Source: Podarcis vaucheri
Taxonomy: Eukaryota
Strand: one strand, 5' to 3'
Length of the DNA stretch: 64,000 nt
Assembly: GCA_965113315.1 (NCBI GenBank)
Contig: OZ220368.1
Part shown: in pieces, positions 37,700 to 49,425 of the stretch
Numbering within the stretch: the stretch's first letter is position 1
Layout: every line of letters begins with the position of its first letter
Notes under the pieces: model-generated
Told to the model about the DNA's origin: nothing
Databases searched by the model: none
What the model saw: the letters and a program-made list of their open reading frames with translations, nothing else
Program-made: the position numbers and the translations under genes

Positions 37700-38110
37700 G
37701 GTTTGGGCAGGATACAGGCCGAATGTCTGTCAGTGTCCAGTCAGAGCGCATTAACGTGGTGACATGATTCTAATTAACTACTGTGAGAGGTGTCACAGTG
37801 GGAAAGCCAGTAAGCGCAGACACGCTTTTAGAAAGAGAAAAAAGCAAAGTGACAGTCCTTTTTGTGTGTGTGCTCTCTCCCCTCCGAGTGGGAGTGTGTG
37901 TAAAGCTAATTAGGATGTCTGGGCTGGCTGGGAACCTTGAGCTGGTGCTCTTTTGCTTTCAGTCATTTAAGTTTTCAAAATCCCTCTGATGGGACTCAGT
38001 GGCACAGTGGATTACTGTGCGCAAAAGTGACAGAACACTCTTGCCAGCGTTCAGCCCTTTTTAGCAAAGATTCAGCGCTTCTTTTTTCCTTGCAGCGGCA
38101 GGGGGCATGT
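37700..38110. promoter_or_regulatory. Candidate conserved non-coding enhancer containing copy 2 of the 54-bp element
   Basis: Multiple TGACA/TGTCA, two TAATTA, retained CpGs. Conservation not verified. Confidence 0.5.
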
Positions 38111-41100
38111 TCTTATCACTGCTGCTCTATTCCTATGCATGTTACAATGGAGGACTCAAGGCCTTTCAACTGTTTCCTATGGTTAACAAAGAAACTGGGT
38201 TGCCCGGGGGTGGGGGTGGGATGATGGAATATGATTGGGTGTTTGTGTTGACTTCTTGTCTTTCTATGTCATTCTGTTATTCACTGCAACATACTTTCCA
38301 CACCCAGCAATGGCAAAGGTAGACCCATAATATTTTGGGTAGGCTATCCATGATGGTCCCTGCCAAGTGAGCTGCAGTGGCCATTTTAGCTTGATTGCTA
38401 GTGATATAGTCCAGACCATACAGGTTTGTTTGTTTTTTTTTTTTTGCTGCATGCAGTAATTAGTGCAGCTTCTTTCTTCAAAACTATTGGGGAGGAATGC
38501 TGCAGAGAAACTTACTCATTCATGTGTATGTTGTTTAAACCACACAAATACATGCATATTCAAGTGCTTCTCCTTTTAGAAGAAAAACCCCCCAGCAGTT
38601 AGCCGGATTAAATGGTGGATTTTGGTGAGGGCATGGAACAGCCTTGTCTAAATGTGCTCACTCATGTCACTGAATGTCTGGACCTCAGGCTCTGACTAGT
38701 GTTAGGAGAGGGTCATCCTAGCCTGTGTCTGGATTTTCACAAGCTGGATCTGCAACACATCAAACACATATCCTGTACCTGCCTTCCCTGAAGTTGAGGA
38801 CTGAGGTGATGTCAGTACATTAGAAAAGGCTAGGAACAGAGTTTGTGAAGCTGTTTTGTACAGCTTCACACATGTACACAAAGAGCATGGGACTTTGGAA
38901 AAACTCATTTTTTAATATTCCTCCTCCTCCTCCTCCTCTTCTTAAAACAGCTCTTCATCCAAATCAGGAAGCAGGTTGTGCAGATTCCATAGCTGATGCT
39001 GGTCTGGGAGACACTCATAAGTGAATCCTGTGCAAGATGCTAGAATGATCCCTTCTCTCCCCAATCTTCTTTAGAGCTTGGGGGAAAGAGATTTAGTTTG
39101 CTTGCACCATGATCTGGAGACTTTTTCAAGTGGATAGAAACATTTCCCAGTACTGTTTCTGAAAGGGTTCAAGCCTAGTATGTGGTGAGAGACTGAATTC
39201 TTCTCCCAAGTCTTCTGTGTGGGAGAGACAGGGGACTTGGGGAAGAGGAGATATTGGGGCCTACTTCAAATGCTGGCTGACTACCAACATGTTGAAATTT
39301 GATGCTTTGGGAAATGGGCAGGCAAAAGATCGTGCAAAGTGCATAAAAATGAGTGTAAATGGAATGTTTTGAATAGGTGTATCTAACAGAGCTTTGCTTA
39401 AAGTAGGAGAGTATTTATAGCATGCTTGACCCCTGCCACATTTTTTCTGTCTATCAAAGGCCCTCAAGTTGGTTGACATTAAAGTTGAATATTAAATGCA
39501 TAAAACAATGTGAAAACATAATCAAAGCAGAAAGCATCCTGCATTGTGGCTGGGCACTGATGATGCTGGGGAGAGGGGCTGGACTTTCCCCATTACATTC
39601 CAAACCATGGGTGTGTGGCAGGGAGATTGCTCATTGCCAGCTTTTTGAGCTGGCACCTGGCTGCATTATGGAGCGGCCTTGTTTTTGTCTTTAATGAGAC
39701 ATTCTGGAGAGGTATGGAGGTGAGGATGTGCTGGTGGATGATTCTGGCTTTTAGCAGCCCGGCATTTACCTAATGAGAAACCACTGAGAGGTGTGGCATG
39801 GGGGTGGGCTGTGGGGGTGTGTGGATAGCAGCCAACTGGAGGCACTCCATTGCAATTTAACAAGTTTCCTTTCCTGCAAGTTCCATGACAAGACCCCCCT
39901 CTAAGTCTGTACAAGAATCCCTAAGAACAAGGTAATTAGGATGTCTCTGAGCTTCGACCCTCAGCGGAGTCCTTGGCTTAATCTTTTTCTTTCCTTAAAG
40001 ACATCTGTAACTACAATCTTTGTTTCTCTCCTTGCCTCCCCCCACTTGCCTCTCTCCCCCCCACCTTGCCTGTCTCCATATCTCCTGTCAAACTGCTGCA
40101 GACATAAATGACAAAGAAATCAGAAAGAGAGATCAATGCAGTCCAAATTAGCACTCGGAGATAGACTGTGCTGGAGATGTCAGAGCCTGACCCCTGTTGA
40201 TCCTGCAGCCTCTGCTGGTGATATTATGCAAATTGCATCCATCTGGCAGAGCTGGCTCAGAGGAGTGAGGGTGCTGGGCGGGCAGAGAACGATCCAAAGA
40301 GGGAGGTGTTTTGGAGCGCTGGCTCTATGCGTTTGGGAAGGGGACAGGGTGATGGGAGATTGGAAGTGATAGGAAGGAGAAAGGGTGCATCAGATTAATT
40401 TGTATTCTCCAGGAGGTATAAGACCAAACTCTAGATTGGAGATAAACAAACTTTATTTTGATTTGGCTTATATTTTATTTCTTATTATCTGCTTCCACCC
40501 AGAACAAAAAAAAGCCAACATCCCCCTCTCGGTAGTCTTGTTTAATCAATATTCACAAGTCATCATTATCACTGGGAGCAGTTTGAGAGGGTGGTGAACA
40601 GAGGCAACTGCACCCCCCCAGCCCCCAAAGAGCACACTGCTTCTCGATCCAACTGAAATAGGACAGGGATAATAGAAACCTCAAATTACGGTGATCGCCT
40701 TGTTAAGAAGTTTGGAAATACAGTCAGATTGCCTTTTAATGAGAGAAATATGGCTGTTAGTTAGTGAAGGAGGAGGGAATGGACCTTGTTTCAAGATCTG
40801 TAGTTCCTGCATCAAAGGGGAACTGGCTGTTTCATTTCAAAATCCAGCTCCTCAGCCTGATATTAAAAATAGTTGTTAAAGGCTTTGAGTAGCAAGACAA
40901 TTCTCTTTAACTTCCTACTATCCCTCCCCTTTTCCTCTAGCAAAAAAGGGTTGGCAAGGATTGAAATAGGCCTTTAAAGAAGTTTCCCTTTGGACAAGGG
41001 GACAGTAAGGGGTGTCTTGCTACCCAGCATGTGTGAGGTATAGCGTGATCTTTTAAACATAGTTCTCCCACCTAAAGCCAATTGACTAATGGACAGCTAA

Positions 41101-42354
41101 TAATGGGATGTTGACTTACCGTAGCCATTGTGCTAAATGGGCATAAGTTTAGTTTGCTCTGTTTGGAACTAGTTATCAGGACTTTCAAACTGGAGACAGG
41201 TGGATGTCGTCACAAAATGTTCTGGATTTTAAGGCCAAAAAATGGTTTCATTCAAAATTGATCACCCTTGACTATCTCTGCCGTGATGTTTTGTCTCTTT
41301 CAGGGTTTACCTATGAGTGTTTTGATTGTGTATTACTGAATTTTTAATCATTAATCTATTGGAAGTTTTGAAGCCCAGAACAACTACCAGCTTCTCCTCT
41401 TGTCTTACCTGGCTTGAGATGAGGAAAGGAGAGCAGTTTAAAAACTGGGCTCAGAGATTTTTTTATAATTAGAGATGCCAAATACTTCTCAAATTGGAAT
41501 TCGTCTTTGGAATTCATAACACATCCTGTTTTTGTTCTGCACACCTACTAGGCCCTTCCTTGCCTTTGGTTTCTGGTTCTATGTAACTTCACTCAGAAGC
41601 AAGATACGAAGCTGGGTGGTATGATAATATTAATTTTATAATTAGAATAAGTGTTTTTCCTTTGACACCATTTGTTTCTGAAAGAGGGTCTTTCATGTTG
41701 AGCATTTTCTTCTTAAGTGTTCATGGTCAGGACAAAATAATCTCTTTAACCATCCATTTATGTATTTATTTCTGTTAGCCTAACAGAAAGAGCTGTCCTA
41801 GTTAAAACTAAGTCCAGGGTTTTTTTGTTTAATCCTTTTGATTCATTTTTGTTATTTTCATCTGTTTGTTTTCTTTTCACTAAAATCAGAGGTGAAATTC
41901 CTGCATACGTTCACCAGGTATTTTGTTTAGGGACTACATGAGATTTTTGCCAGTATATGAGGAGCTTGATCATTCACTTTTGCACTGTGCTGCTTGCAGG
42001 ATTCCTGTTTTCTGGGGGATCTGGCTGACTTCTATATTGCTCTTGAAAACTTCAAGTTTTCTTTCTTTGGAAGCATTCTGTGGCAGAGCCCAGACTTGGC
42101 AACAGCACTATCTGACCTGAGTTGACCAGCTTTTCCCAACCATCGTTAAGATCTAACAGGCCCCTCTGTTCAGAGTTGCTGTGACCCGTGACATGTTTCT
42201 TCCTGTTGCATTGACATCCCTCTCTTGAAGACCTGACTCACAGCTTCTTCTTGCTTAAAAACTGAAGTGTTCTGTTAATTGGTTTAAGCCTCACTGCCCC
42301 ATGTCCTGGCTGGTCTTTGCAAGATAATGAACTTGGAATGTTTTTAATAGCTGA

Positions 42355-42490
42355 TCACAGCCGTATTAGTCCCAGGATGCAAGCAAGAGACTGACAAGGT
42401 GGGTCAAGTAGAATCTCTTATTGGACTACCATTTCTTGGAAGAAGAGACAAGCTTTAAAACATCACAGAGCTCTTTTGCAGGCCTGGGAA
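42355..42490. mobile_element. Penelope-like element terminal fragment
   Basis: agccgtattagtc..gacaaggtgggtc..tcttattggac..agagacaagcttt..cacagagctcttt resembles recalled reptile Penelope ends. Confidence 0.55.
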
Positions 42491-42734
42491 AGATTGTCCA
42501 ACTTTCAAGCTCAAATACATGGCTTCTGGTATATATCAGTATAGAATGTTAGTAACGTGACCAAAACCATGCATTTCTGCAACAAGTAGCTGCCCCGATT
42601 TAAGAAAAAACCCAAACTTTTCACTTGTTATTTTGCAACATGTTTTTTTTTTAAATAATAATAATAAACCCTACAATGAGGTACAATTAATAATTCAGAG
42701 AATTTTAACAATGCAGAAAAAGTACAAAATTTGG

Positions 42735-42885
42735 AAGCAGTATATTTCTGAATTACCAGTTGCTGGAAACTGCAGCTGTGGAGCAAGTGGGCTTCCAATA
42801 GATATCTGGTTGGCCACTGTGAACACAGGTTGGCAGACTAGATGTGCCCTTGGCCTGATCCAGCAAGCTCTTCTTGTGTTCTTAA
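42735..42885 (+). mobile_element. CR1 3' UTR fragment
   Basis: tctggttggccactgtgaacacagg..gactagatg..ccttggcctgatccagcaagctcttcttgtgttctta. Confidence 0.75.
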
Positions 42886-45500
42886 TAAAAAGAACAACAT
42901 GGTAAACTTGAAGTAGGCATTAAAAAAACAAAAACCCCAAGCCCTTGTAAATAAAAAGCAGGCCTGTAAAGTAAGGTTTTAAAGGGGCAAGTTCTTGAGT
43001 CTGCTGCACTGTGTTAGGAGGTGGAGTTCAAAGAATAGGTGTCACCACCCAAAAGACATGTTCTGTGGTAGGCCACCAGCTTTTAGGAAGAAGTAAGCCC
43101 CCCCCCCCAAGCTCGGGTTCTCATCATCAGAAAAGGAGGAAAACCTAATTAACTGATCTACATCTTTGTCTCATATAACTTCCATCACTTTGGGGCAGCT
43201 GGTTTTATTTCAATTGATACTTATTATATTATTTACTGATAGGTCTCTACCAAAGAAACACACCTACATGTATTGGAGTAAGGAAATGAACCAGTTCTTC
43301 CACTGATGTATTTCTGAAAATCTATTTATACAGTTAAGTACCTTAACATGGTGTCAGTATAGGATGGGAAAGGCTGAACATTGTCTTAATATAATTTCAT
43401 TTCAATAGCTCTCAAAGCTATACTTGAGGTTCTATCCTTCAACAATGTAAAATCTCGAGCCTGGTGTTTGGATGGTACATGGAAGCCCTGTATTTCCTGT
43501 GACCTGAAAACTAAGTAATAGATATTGGCCAATGAATGGTTACTGATATATAGTCTGCAGAAGACTGGTGTATTCCATTCTCAATTTTTCATGTTGGGCT
43601 TCCAAAAATTTCTGGAACAACAGGAGCATAACAGTTGATATACTTTGGCTTGGGTGATGCTGATTTATCATGTCAGAGGTCCTGGTCACTGTGCTGAAGA
43701 GAATCTTTCTACTTTCTATGCCCGATAGTTGACAGCTACAATACAGCAAATACAGAGCTAGTGGAATGGTACATAAGAGAATAGGTGTGTGTATATAATA
43801 GCATATGGATGCTTCATTGGTGGAATAGACTACAGAAGGATTGGGGATATTTTGTTTGGCATAGTGATACTTGGGTTTTTCTGGATTCTGAGTGACCCAT
43901 AAGACTGAGAAGTTTAAATGTGAACCTCTCAGGCAGAGGATGAGTACACAGAATGAATAATTAACCCAACTTCACTCAGCATTGCTAGCTGCACTACTGC
44001 AGAGAGGTACAGTTTGCTCTTGAACAAAAAGTCGTAATTTTTCTTGTTCTGGAGAAAGGTACTCCTGATGAACAAAGACTACCCAAGGCTTTGTGAGAGT
44101 GCTTGTCTCTTTACCTTGGAAACATTTTGTCCCACAGTAAGGGCAGCCATTTTGTATAAAGATATACTCTGTGGTGAGTGAACCTCCCTACCACTGCCCC
44201 CCCTTTCCTGATGTTTATTTACTGGAATAAGAGCAAGGTAAATACAGTAATTTTTCTGGTTTATTATTCAGGCTGAGACAGATGCAAGCTGGGCTGTTTT
44301 GTGGGAGACCATGATTGCCTGACCCCCCCCCCCCGTCAAACCCTTTCTATATATAACTGTGTTGAGAGAGACATTACAGATTTGTCTCTACTTGTCTGTA
44401 AAGCAAGAGCAGCCTCTGTCCTAATGAGAAGAATATGGCTGCTAGTTAGCAGAGGGGTGGGTCGCGTAGGCTAAACGAGATAGTTAAACGGCACTGATTG
44501 AAGGTGGGGGTGAAAGGGCAGCACAATTATGTGCTGGAGAATCAAGGGCCCTGTTTGATTTGGGAGTTCTAAGCTCCCAGCCGGTGTCAGTAGTTTAGCT
44601 GAGAATTTTTTTGTAGGCCAAAGACAGGAAGGATAAAAACTATGAGAATGAGGAGTTACTATTATTAAAGTCCACAGAGCCCCATCCCTGTTCATTCTTT
44701 AACTATTTCTAGGCCCATATATTTTACGCGTTCCTAAAGCACGCTCTCGTGAGAGCCAAAACTACCCCTGTCCATGGTACACTCCAGGATTATGTAGCCA
44801 AGGAACAATTGGGGACCTTTATAATGTCCAGGCATTTATTTTTTTAAAGTTAACACAAGCAACACTGGCTGCAGTGAACCTGAGTGATGCTTGTGTGTGG
44901 TAAGCTGTTAGTGTGAAATCTTCTGCCACTCCAGTTTTCACCAGGCCTTGTGCATATCTTCTTTCTTTGTGGTTTTGTGATGATGTGGTGAGTATCACTA
45001 GAAAAACAGGCAGTAAGTTACTTCACAAGATTGGTGTGTCACGTACTGGTTCTCTTTCAAGAAGCTCCACATTTCTATTTGCATAAATCAGACTTTCTTT
45101 CTGGGAAACGTGGATTAAAAGTTGCAGCACCTCACCCCCAATTTCAGTTTGTTTGGAACTTGCTCCAGGTCAGCCTCCCTACTGTTCTGATACTTTACTA
45201 GGAAAGACCCTCCTCAGGTTACCAAAACAGTTAAGAAGCATTTTCAGGTATGGAGGCATTTTTCTTCTTCAGTTGGGTTTGTAGGCAACAGCATTTGGTG
45301 CTTTACTTTGGTGATCCTAATTTGTCTTTCCTCTCCTCTTTCCTTTCTTGCTGGTTTTGCCATCAAATCTATTGGAGCTTATGGCCTTTTACCCCAGCAT
45401 GACACGGTATATGAGGGCATTATTGCATTCTAATCAGACCACTCAACTCAGTAACAGATTTATTTTTTTTGTATGCTAGTTTAAAAGTAATGTAAAGTAA

Positions 45501-45870
45501 AAAGGTATAGGACCCCTGTACAGTTAAGTCCAGTCAAAGGCGACTTTGGGGTGTGGCGCTCATCTTGCTTTCAGGCCGAGGGAGCCGGCATTTGTCCACA
45601 GATGGGTCATGCGGCCAGCATGACTAAACCACTTCTGGCACTACGGAACACCGTGACGGAAGCCAGAGTGCATGGAAACACCGTTTACCTTGCTGACGAA
45701 GTGATACCTATTTATCTACTTGCACTGGTGTGCTTTCAAACTGCTAGGTTGACAGAAGCTGGGATGGAGCAACAGGAGCTCACCCAGTTGCACAGATTCA
45801 AACCGCTGACCTTCTGATCAGCAAGCCCCAGAGGCTCAGTGGTTTAGACCACAATGCCACCCACAACCCT
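45501..45870 (-). mobile_element. Older full-length Sauria SINE
   Basis: The reverse complement aligns to 9505-9871 with CpG decay. Possible TSD tgtaaagtaa / tgcaaaggaa. Confidence 0.9.
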
Positions 45871-46075
45871 TGCAAAGGAAGATATACTGTTGGTCTCAAC
45901 GGTGTCATTCTGTTTAGTGCCCCCATGTCCTGATTATTTTGACCTGATAATTGTGGTAATATTCCTCACCAACCTGCCTAGTCCATTCCAAATCTGCCTC
46001 ATAAGCATGTCCCCTGCCATTCTGCTGCTTTGCCTAGGCTAAATGCACAATGCTCCTGTGTCCAAGTCACTAAAT

Positions 46076-46080
<5 letters not shown>

Positions 46081-46107
<27 letters not shown>
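46081..46107. repeat. (CA)n microsatellite
   Basis: Read directly. Confidence 0.95.
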
Positions 46108-46661
46108 ATGCCAAAGGCTGCCTCCCCCTCCAAATGGCGCATCTCACTAATCAGATTTGTATCTAAGCCTATGGTCTCCATTGCCTCCTGAGCCAAATGA
46201 CAATCGCCTTTATTTACTCTAATAGGTCTCATTTGTAAATGTTAATTCCTCCCTGAAGAAAATGTCTCTTCAAGATGAGTTGGCCGTCACTGAGTTGAAC
46301 ACATCAGAGTGTGTGCAAGGTCCATCTCAACCCCTGTAGTTGAGAACGTAGACAGACATCATGCCTGCCCAGCCAGTTAGCTGCATCTGTGCCCCTTCTC
46401 CACCCCCACCCCTGGGCCATCTTCCCTTCTTGGCCTCTCCTATTGCACCACAGTCATGCCTGCATCTATTTGGATATATAAATGCTGGCAACAGCTCTGA
46501 TAGCCTGACTGGAAACCCATCTCAAGGAAAAGGTTTTATTCTGGGCCTGGCCCATCCAACCCTTCCTGCAATATTGCCCTAGCCCTTAGGATCCCTGGCT
46601 TTTGATGGAATGGTGCATCTACAATTGTTTTTCTCTGTAAACAGCGTGTATGAAAACATTT

Positions 46662-46895
46662 GTGGTGTTGCGGCTAGCATATTGATTTGTATGTGGAAAA
46701 CTTGGGTTTAAATCTCCGCTCAGCCAAGCTCCACGTGGCTTGAACAGTCACTATCTTTCAGTATAGCCTACCACACTGGGTTGGTTGTGAGACAAACATG
46801 GTAAAACAAAGGGGAGCAGAGTTTGATATAAAAGTTAGCTCATTTCTTAACTAATTAGTTCTAAAGGAAGAGTGGGAGATGCATGAAACCAATAA
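46662..46895 (+). mobile_element. Old CORE/MIR-like SINE carrying a foreign 36-bp patch
   Basis: gtggtgttgcggctagc..gggtttaaatctcc..cagtcactatctttcag..ctaccacactgggttggttgtgag. Collinear with 8512-8750. Confidence 0.6.
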
Positions 46896-48179
46896 GCACA
46901 CATTTTGGCAGTTTGTTCTGATTTTGAGCCGAGAGTCCTTTTGGTAATAGCTGTCCTTCTAGGTATTAATTGCTCCATTTAAGAACATTTGTGCAATACA
47001 AATAATACTAATAAAGCACAAATATTATTAGTAAATGACAACATTCTAGAGTTCTTACTTTAAATAATCATGTATCAAGATATTTTGTAATCTGCATCCC
47101 TTTTTAAAAGAAAAGTTCTAACGTGCACACCAACATTCTTCCTGATGTCTCTGCCTTTTAGGCAAATACCATAATATTTTGCACGTCCCTCTCTCACTTT
47201 GAGGATGGGTATGAAGGCTGAGCTCGTTTTAAAACTTGAAATCTAGAACATGCGCACCAAACTTCATTAAAGTACTTCAGTGTTTTTTTAAAAAGTGTTA
47301 CAAGCAAACTAATTTTAAACAGGTAAGTAGGCAAGTTAAACCAAAAGCTTAGCTTTACTCAGTCAGGTAATTTTTTTGTGCGTAGGAAGGGGGTGAATAC
47401 TGTTTGGCGAACAGCTTAGTCTCTGTTGCAACGGTGCAAGAAGACTAGCTTGGCTCCCTATGTGACAGGAATGACCAAATCAGAAGGGAACAGTGGTGTT
47501 GGCTCCAGCCCAAACTGTCGTGGCAGTTAACTCCCCGTCTACGCCTCCCTGGGGAAATAAAAAGAACCATTGATTTTCCTCATTGCTTGTACTGCCTGGT
47601 TCTGGATTATAACAGCACAAATACAAACACATATTTGAGCCCGAGACTGTGACCACTTGGAGGGGAGCAAGTCAGTAAATATTGTGGGGCTGGGCTACTG
47701 GCTTAATGAAGGACAGGGCATAATCACTAACACCTAGAGCAGCGCCTGATGCAAAGCAGTGATTAAGAATAGGGGTCAGAGGCCTTTTTCAGAGGTAAAT
47801 TAGCAATGAATTAGTCTGTTTTCCCCAGATGAAAAATGCTGGTTCCCTTGTATTTTTCTTACTATTATCTGAGGTGAGGTGGGGTGGGGGAGACACATGC
47901 ATCAACTCAACCACCCTCCCTAACAATACTTAGGGCGAGTGCCAAGGTGCTTGCTTCCTCAGCCTTTGTCTGGTGTGTTCGTGACTCTGGTGGTCCCCTG
48001 CAACCTTAGCAGCAATTAGGGACTGATTTATTGTCCTACGACCGAACCCCGCAAAGTGTACTCAGAAGGGGGGCTGCATGGGTTGAGGCTACCAAGGGCC
48101 TCCAGCACCATCTCTGTTGAACAACAATCTAATCTTGATTGCAGAGGGAGTGGGGAGGGGAGATGGATAAAGAAGAGAA

Positions 48180-48660
48180 TTGGAGATAAATGTTAGCTCA
48201 TTTCTTAAGTAATTAGTTACCTCCTCATCCCCGTGTTGTAATTGTGAACAAGCTGTAATGTTTAATTAGTGTGTAAATGAAACCCCAATTTCATAATGGC
48301 TGCAGTGACAGCGCTAAGTGAGACAGGCACAGAAGGGGCCGCATTGTTTCAGCAGGAGATGAAGCTGTCGCCCAGCAAGCCGTGCGTCGCTGAGAGAAAA
48401 TGGAAATGATAAACGAAGTGAGGCTAATTAGCAAAATCATACAGGCCCCACTGATGGTTCTCATCAAGGGGAGGTAATGAAGCGGGCAGGCCAAGCTGAG
48501 AGGGGATTAATTGGAACCGATTCCTGCTCATAGAGCACAGACTCACCACCTCTCTCCGCTGAGACTGGGCCCTTGTCCCACCGGGGCCCTTTGAGGAAAG
48601 TGGAATGATTGGCTCGCATTCAGAATGCAAAGTGAAGTTATTCCTGGCCTCACAAAAGCT
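48180..48660. promoter_or_regulatory. Candidate conserved non-coding enhancer
   Basis: TAATTA x3, TGACAG, GGATTAATTG, CpG-retaining and repeat-free. Conservation not verified. Confidence 0.5.
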
Positions 48661-48783
48661 GGGGTATTTGGGAGTTTGGCCAGCCTCAGAAAACTGTGCA
48701 TTCTTTACTGGTGTCTCTGTAGTGGAGAATGTCTTTCCAGGGGCCAGACTTTTGCCATTCATTTGTTGATACCTTTCCAAGTA

Positions 48784-49020
48784 CAGTAGTAGTTCGAGTT
48801 AAGAATTCGTTCTGGAGGTCTGTTCTTAACCTGAAACTGTTCTTAACCTGAGGTACCACTTTAGCTAATGGGGCCTCCCGCTGCCACCGCACTGCCAGCG
48901 CACAGTTTCTGTTCTCATCCTGAAGCAAAGTTCTTAATCCAAGGTACTATTTCTGGGTTAGAGGAGTCTGTAACATGAAGCATCTGTAACCTGAAGCGTC
49001 TGTAACCCGAGGTACCACTG
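48784..49020. mobile_element. Tc1/mariner-pogo MITE, family A, second copy
   Basis: Collinear with 14480-14722, TA flanks, right TIR ...CCGAGGTACCACTG. Confidence 0.9.
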
Positions 49021-49323
49021 TAGTAGGTTGTAAGTGTCCAGCAAATATACATGACTTTAGTAATTATCTCTGTTAGTTCTTGGTGGGATGGTTGAGAAAG
49101 AACATAACCAAAGACTTGACTTAAACTCAGAAAGGAATAAGGCTCATACTGTGTATGGTTCACATCTAGGGCCAATACAGACCATGCAAGAACAGGAACT
49201 GCAATCTGTATCTGCTTCCAGACTTGGTGCCACAACATTTCCTAAGGGGATCTATGAAATATTAGTATTCAATTGGGATGAGAGATAATATTAACAAGAT
49301 ATTCTTCTAAATTCTATATACAA

Positions 49324-49425
49324 GGCTGTATTCAACTAACCTTTACTCAGCGTAGACCCCACTTAGTTAAGTCATGGTCATTTATCTCAATGGGTCTACT
49401 CTGAGTAGAAGTTAGTTGACTCCAC
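49324..49425. mobile_element. Short palindromic MITE
   Basis: Arms caactaacctttactcagcgtagaccc / gggtctactctgagtagaagttagttg (about 27 bp, 3 mismatches). Confidence 0.75.
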
